Assembly (NCBI GenBank): GCA_029548565.1
Contig: JAKPNF010000036.1
Span: 1 to 60,136 of the forward strand
Source of the DNA: Verrucomicrobiota bacterium
GTDB taxonomy: Bacteria > Verrucomicrobiota > Verrucomicrobiia > Opitutales > JAKPNF01
Reading direction: 5' to 3'
DNA: 60,136 nt
Shown one piece after another: positions 56,124 through 60,136 of this stretch. Position numbers and translations under genes: made by a program. Each line of letters opens with the position of its first letter. Within the stretch, counting starts at the first letter, position 1. The notes below the pieces were generated by a model that saw only the letters and a list, made by a program, of their open reading frames with translations, did no database searches and was not told where the DNA came from.

Positions 56124-57842
56124 GTGCCATCCACCGATTATCATAGCGCATTGGAAAGTTTTTTAACTCGCCTGGACGACACGCAACGCCAGGAGCTTTG
56201 GTCTGTGCCACTGCCCGAGCGCCTGCGCAAGCTCGCGGGTTTTTTAGGCGAGTCCGAGGCGGCGCTGCTCTCGCAATTTTCCGGCGCGTTTCACATGCCG
56301 GTGCTCGCGGAAGTCAAAGCCCCGCCCAAACCCACCGAGACGCTCCCTGCGCGCATCATTCACGAATTTCAATGCCTGCCCGTGGAGGCGGACAGCGTTC
56401 CCTTTGAGGTGAAGGACGACACGATTGCCCTGGCCGCCGCCTGGCCTCCTCAGCCGCAGTGGGACGCCTGGGTCTTCGCCGCCACAGGCAAACGCGCGCG
56501 CTGGTGCCTGGCTTCGGGCGAGACGCTCAACCAGCTCATCACCCAAAAATTCGGCGTGGGCGCCGACTCGCTCGACGGCTCGGGCCTTGAGGATTTGGCC
56601 GAGGAAAAACAGGAGGACGAGCAGGACGAAAACGCCGCCATCATCCGTTTTGTGAACGAGATTGTCGAGCGCGCTGTGGCCGACCGCGCGACCGACATTC
56701 ACTTCGAACCCGGGCGCGACATTTTAAATATCCGCTACCGCATCGACGGCGAGCTTGTCCCCATCCGCGTGCCGGACAACCTGGTGGCCTACCAAGGCGC
56801 GATCATCTCGCGCATAAAAATCATGGCCAAGCTCAACATTTCCGAGCGCCGCCGCCCGCAGGATGGACGCATCACTTTCAGCAAGGGCGTCGAGGAGATA
56901 GACATCCGCGTTTCCACGCTGCCGACGATGTACGGCGAGAGTGTTTCCCTGCGCCTGCTCTCCCAAAAAACGCAGCCGCTGACGATGGAGGAGCTTGGGT
57001 TTTTGGAGGAGGACATGCAGCTCATCCTGCCGTCCTTGCACCGCCCGCACGGCATCATCCTCGTGACGGGGCCGACGGGTTCCGGCAAGTCCACGAGCCT
57101 GACCGCTTTCATTCGCAAAATCCGCCGCCCCGAGTTGCGCATCATCACGGTGGAAGACCCCGTCGAGTACGAGGTGCCCGGCGTCAACCAGACGCAGGTG
57201 CACGCCGAGATCGGGCTAACCTTCGCCGCTACGCTGCGCACGATTTTGCGTCAGGATCCCGATGTCATCATGGTGGGCGAGGTGCGCGACCGCGAGACGG
57301 CCGACATCGCCATCCGCGCCTCGCTGACCGGCCACTTGGTCTTGAGCACCCTGCATACCAACGACGCCCCGGGCGCGCTCACCCGTTTGACCGACATGGA
57401 AATCGAGCCGTTTTTGATCGCCTCATCCGTCGAGCTGATTTTGGCGCAGCGCCTCGTGCGCAGGCTTTGCCCGTTTTGCGCCGCCCCCGCCGATTACGAA
57501 TTGGGTTATCTCACCTCCTGCCTTGTCGCGCTGGAGCTGGATGTCGCGCACGTCTCGGAAGGCTCCGCGCTCAAAAAGAGCGTGGGCTGCAAGCACTGCC
57601 GCCATCTGGGCTACCGCGGCCGCGTCGGGATTTTTGAAATTTTGCGCGTGACCGAGGACATCCACGACCTCATCATCCGCCGCGCCAGCGCGCGCGACAT
57701 CCGTAAGCGCGCCTTGCAATTTGGCATGACGACCCTGCAAGGCTCCGGCTGGAAGCAGGCCGTGCGCGGCTTCACCTCGCTCAACGAAATCATGGAGTTC
57801 GCCAACATTTTGGAAGAGCAAAAAGAAGATAACGCCAGTTAG
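56124..57842 (+). CDS. type II secretion / type IV pilus assembly ATPase (GspE/PilB family)
   Basis: GTG start. Walker A is [13 protein letters not shown]. Also present are Asp/His boxes, [34 protein letters not shown] and a tetracysteine motif (CPFC...CKHC). Confidence 0.9.
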   Translation: MPSTDYHSALESFLTRLDDTQRQELWSVPLPERLRKLAGFLGESEAALLSQFSGAFHMPVLAEVKAPPKPTETLPARIIHEFQCLPVEADSVPFEVKDDTIALAAAWPPQPQWDAWVFAATGKRARWCLASGETLNQLITQKFGVGADSLDGSGLEDLAEEKQEDEQDENAAIIRFVNEIVERAVADRATDIHFEPGRDILNIRYRIDGELVPIRVPDNLVAYQGAIISRIKIMAKLNISERRRPQDGRITFSKGVEEIDIRVSTLPTMYGESVSLRLLSQKTQPLTMEELGFLEEDMQLILPSLHRPHGIILVTGPTGSGKSTSLTAFIRKIRRPELRIITVEDPVEYEVPGVNQTQVHAEIGLTFAATLRTILRQDPDVIMVGEVRDRETADIAIRASLTGHLVLSTLHTNDAPGALTRLTDMEIEPFLIASSVELILAQRLVRRLCPFCAAPADYELGYLTSCLVALELDVAHVSEGSALKKSVGCKHCRHLGYRGRVGIFEILRVTEDIHDLIIRRASARDIRKRALQFGMTTLQGSGWKQAVRGFTSLNEIMEFANILEEQKEDNAS

Positions 57843-57845
57843 TTT

Positions 57846-59111
57846 ATGCCGACTTTTTCCTATCGCGCGACCGCCAAGGGCGGCGAGCCGACGCAGGGCA
57901 GCGTCGAGGCCGCCGACCGCAAGCAGGCGTTGCAGCGCCTGCACTCGCAGGGCTTGCGCGTGACGGATTTGCGCTTGGGAAACGCGCCGCAAATGCAATC
58001 GGCACACAACCGCGCCGACCCCAAGGACAAGCTCGCGCTGGCGGCCAAGCAGCTGGAGTCGATCAACAACATCGCGGGCAGCCGCCTGGCCACCGCGTTT
58101 TTGAAAAAGCTCCTGCAGTTGCACGGCTCAGGACTGCCGCTGGGCGATGCCGTGAAACTCTTGTCGCAACGCGCCGCCGACCCGCTGCTAGCAGTGCTCA
58201 CTGGAAAACTCTGGCGCGACTTGAGCGAGGGGCGCTCGCTGGCGTTGTCGCTGTCGCAGTATCCGCGCGTGTTCGATTCGCCTATCATTCACTTGATTGA
58301 AGCAGGCGAATCCACCGGCAACCTGTGCCCCGTTCTGGCCAACCTCATCGAGTCGCTCGAAGAAAGCGCCGCGCTGCGCAAGCGCATTTTGGGCGGCATG
58401 GCGTACCCGGCGCTGATTTGCTCGATAGCATTTGGCATCGCGTGCTTGTTCGCGTTTTACCTGCAGCCGCGTATTCAGGGAATGATGGAACAGCTTGGCC
58501 AAAAGATGAGCCTGCCCGCGCGTATTTTGGCGGGGCTTTCGGAAGGTTTTATTTACTACGGCCCTTTCATTTTGGGCGCGCTGGTTATCGGGGCGTTGAG
58601 CATCCACCGCTGGCGCAAGACGCCCGAGGGCCGCCGCAAAACGGACGAGTGGATCTTAAAAATCCCCATCGTCGGAAAAATCTGCCGCAATATCGACGTG
58701 TGCCGCATGACAAACCTGACTTCCACACTCATCGAAAGCGGCGTGAACACCACCGAGGCGCTGCGCATGACCGAGCGCTCCATTCAAAACACGGTGCTGC
58801 GCGAAAACTTTTCCGCCGCCCGCATCATGATTAACGACGGCGCCGCCTTTTCGCTCGCCCTGCGCAAGCACGCGGTCTTGGATGACACCGACCTGGACAT
58901 CCTTTCCATCGGCGAGAGCACCGGCAACATCGCCCGTTCCTTCAAGGAAATTTTCAAAAACCACACGCAGGATTTGGACAGCGAATTCAAAATCCTCATC
59001 CGCACCGTCGCCGGCGTGGCCATGGGTTCTGCCTTCGGCTTGGTGGCCCTGCTGGCATTGGGCATAGTAACCAGCGTCCTGCAATTAAGCCAGAGCATCA
59101 TGGCGCGCTAG
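57846..59111 (+). CDS. type II secretion / type IV pilus inner-membrane platform protein (GspF/PilC family)
   Basis: 421 aa. MPTFSYRATAKGGEPTQGSVEAADRKQALQRLHSQGLRV is the typical N-terminus. There are two T2SSF-type repeats with three TM segments. Confidence 0.85.
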   Translation: MPTFSYRATAKGGEPTQGSVEAADRKQALQRLHSQGLRVTDLRLGNAPQMQSAHNRADPKDKLALAAKQLESINNIAGSRLATAFLKKLLQLHGSGLPLGDAVKLLSQRAADPLLAVLTGKLWRDLSEGRSLALSLSQYPRVFDSPIIHLIEAGESTGNLCPVLANLIESLEESAALRKRILGGMAYPALICSIAFGIACLFAFYLQPRIQGMMEQLGQKMSLPARILAGLSEGFIYYGPFILGALVIGALSIHRWRKTPEGRRKTDEWILKIPIVGKICRNIDVCRMTNLTSTLIESGVNTTEALRMTERSIQNTVLRENFSAARIMINDGAAFSLALRKHAVLDDTDLDILSIGESTGNIARSFKEIFKNHTQDLDSEFKILIRTVAGVAMGSAFGLVALLALGIVTSVLQLSQSIMAR

Positions 59112-59199
59112 AGACTAATAACAATTCGAGCGATATGAAAAATCTTTCGCAAGGTTTAATGCCGTTGCCCGGCGGCCACAAATTGTTAACATAAAATCA

Positions 59200-60136
59200 A
59201 TGGGCAGAAGCAAAAAAAATTTGAGCGCGGCGGTTTTTTTCGCCGTGGGTTTTGCGCTGGCGTGGAGTGTTTTTTCGGCGCGGGAGCAAGCGCGGCGTGA
59301 ACAAGAAAAAGCAGTGCGCGCCACGCTGGACAAATCGCAAACACGCGAGGCGCGCATGCTCAAGGAGACGGCGTTCGCCGCGCTGGCCGAGCGTATTCAG
59401 CAGCGCGCCGGCGCGCTCGGTTCGGAGGAATTTTTGACCGTGCTCAACACGATGGACGCGCGGCGTTTTCCCGCGCTGGAGCAGGTGTTGCAGGGAATGC
59501 CGCGCGGTGTGGATCGTGAGCGGCTGCGGGACATTTTTTTCACCGCGTGGTCGCTCAAAGACCCTGCGGGTTTGCTGCAACACGCCGAGCGGCTGGAAAA
59601 AAGTCCCGAGCGCGATCGCCTCATCTGGATGGGTGCGATGGACTGGTCGAAGCGCGACCCGCAGGCCATGCTGGCTTGGATGAACGAAAAGCAGGGGCGC
59701 GATTATGCGCGCGCGCTGGATCGTTATCAATACCTGCTGATAGACGGCTGGGCGCAAAAAGACCCCCTGCAGGCGCTGGCGTACGCAAAAGTGTTGCCGC
59801 AAGATTCCCCGCAGCAGCGCCGCGTGAGGGAAAATGCGCTGCGCGTGGTCGCTCGCTCGCTCGCTGTTTCCGCGGACGTGAAAAGCGCGCTGGCCATTTA
59901 CAACGAGACGGCCGACCCGGCCGCGCGACGCGAGGTGCTCTTGGGGTTGGTCGACGGCTGGTCGAGCTGGGCGCCGCACGACGCCATCCCCTGGATCAAC
60001 GCGCTGCCCCAATCGCTGCGGCAGGACGCTTTGAGCACCGCGTTTTTTAACTGGGGCGAAAAGGAACCCGAGGCTGCCGCCAAGTGGGCGATGCAACTGG
60101 GGCTGGACGACCCCGCGCGCGAGCCGCTGCTGCAAC
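59200..60136 (+). CDS. membrane-anchored helical-repeat (HEAT/TPR-like) protein, 3' end outside the window
   Basis: My own translation from ATG 59200 is open to the window end and is not in the ORF track. It has an N-terminal TM helix (LSAAVFFAVGFALAWSVF) and five recurring W-x-x-K/R-D/E-P-x-x-A-x-x-W type units (AWSLKDPAGLL, DWSKRDPQAMLAW, DGWAQKDPLQALAY, NWGEKEPEAAAKW). It is co-directional with the secretion locus. Confidence 0.6.
   Translation, partial: MGRSKKNLSAAVFFAVGFALAWSVFSAREQARREQEKAVRATLDKSQTREARMLKETAFAALAERIQQRAGALGSEEFLTVLNTMDARRFPALEQVLQGMPRGVDRERLRDIFFTAWSLKDPAGLLQHAERLEKSPERDRLIWMGAMDWSKRDPQAMLAWMNEKQGRDYARALDRYQYLLIDGWAQKDPLQALAYAKVLPQDSPQQRRVRENALRVVARSLAVSADVKSALAIYNETADPAARREVLLGLVDGWSSWAPHDAIPWINALPQSLRQDALSTAFFNWGEKEPEAAAKWAMQLGLDDPAREPLLQ

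Noticed and set aside
59197-60135. 312-aa minus-strand ORF at the window end.
   Set aside because: The plus strand is open in the mirror frame from ATG 59200 to the window end. It gives a TM helix plus a recurring W-x-x-KDP-x-x-A-x-x-W helical repeat, and it is co-directional with the upstream operon. The minus-strand product is Arg/Gln/Pro-rich and featureless.

Overview
GC-rich, gene-dense bacterial chromosomal segment of about 50 protein genes. I found no rRNA, tRNA, CRISPR array, transposase or integrase. Four large PEP-CTERM-anchored proteins with beta-helix-type repeats, a SWIB-domain protein and almost no Shine-Dalgarno sequences suggest a PVC-superphylum organism, probably Verrucomicrobia (inference only). 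Because Shine-Dalgarno sites are rare, several start codons are soft calls.

Housekeeping genes recognised from translation: glyQS (3' part), nadC, lpxB, lpxA, pdxA, argH, a phosphohexomutase, a gmhA-like SIS gene, uvrC, a cinA/pncC-like gene, a NIF3-family gene, adenine deaminase and a pyrimidine-nucleoside phosphorylase.

Accessory content:
(i) PEP-CTERM surface proteins at 1082..2995, 5714..7333, 7504..9130 (frame broken) and 28172..32455 (1427 aa).
(ii) A carbohydrate-type island at 22363..37993: GH38 alpha-mannosidase, GntR-HTH/LacI-type regulator, ROK kinase, the giant PEP-CTERM protein, a secreted protein, a putative TIM-barrel hydrolase-like protein, a signal-peptide-bearing nucleoside-hydrolase homolog and a Na+/solute symporter.
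(iii) A co-directional secretin/ATPase/platform locus at 50991..59111 with a non-canonical gene order and an unusual Q/A/P-rich secreted protein.

Most notable non-genic signal: an ~80-100 nt intergenic hairpin-containing repeat family with 4 copies, two of them forming an inverted pair.

Other oddities: a single in-frame TAA inside uvrC, a frameshifted PEP-CTERM paralog, a (TAG)5 tandem stop run, and an identical 13-mer upstream of two genes next to the regulator.

All functional calls come from reading the translations. No database search was run.
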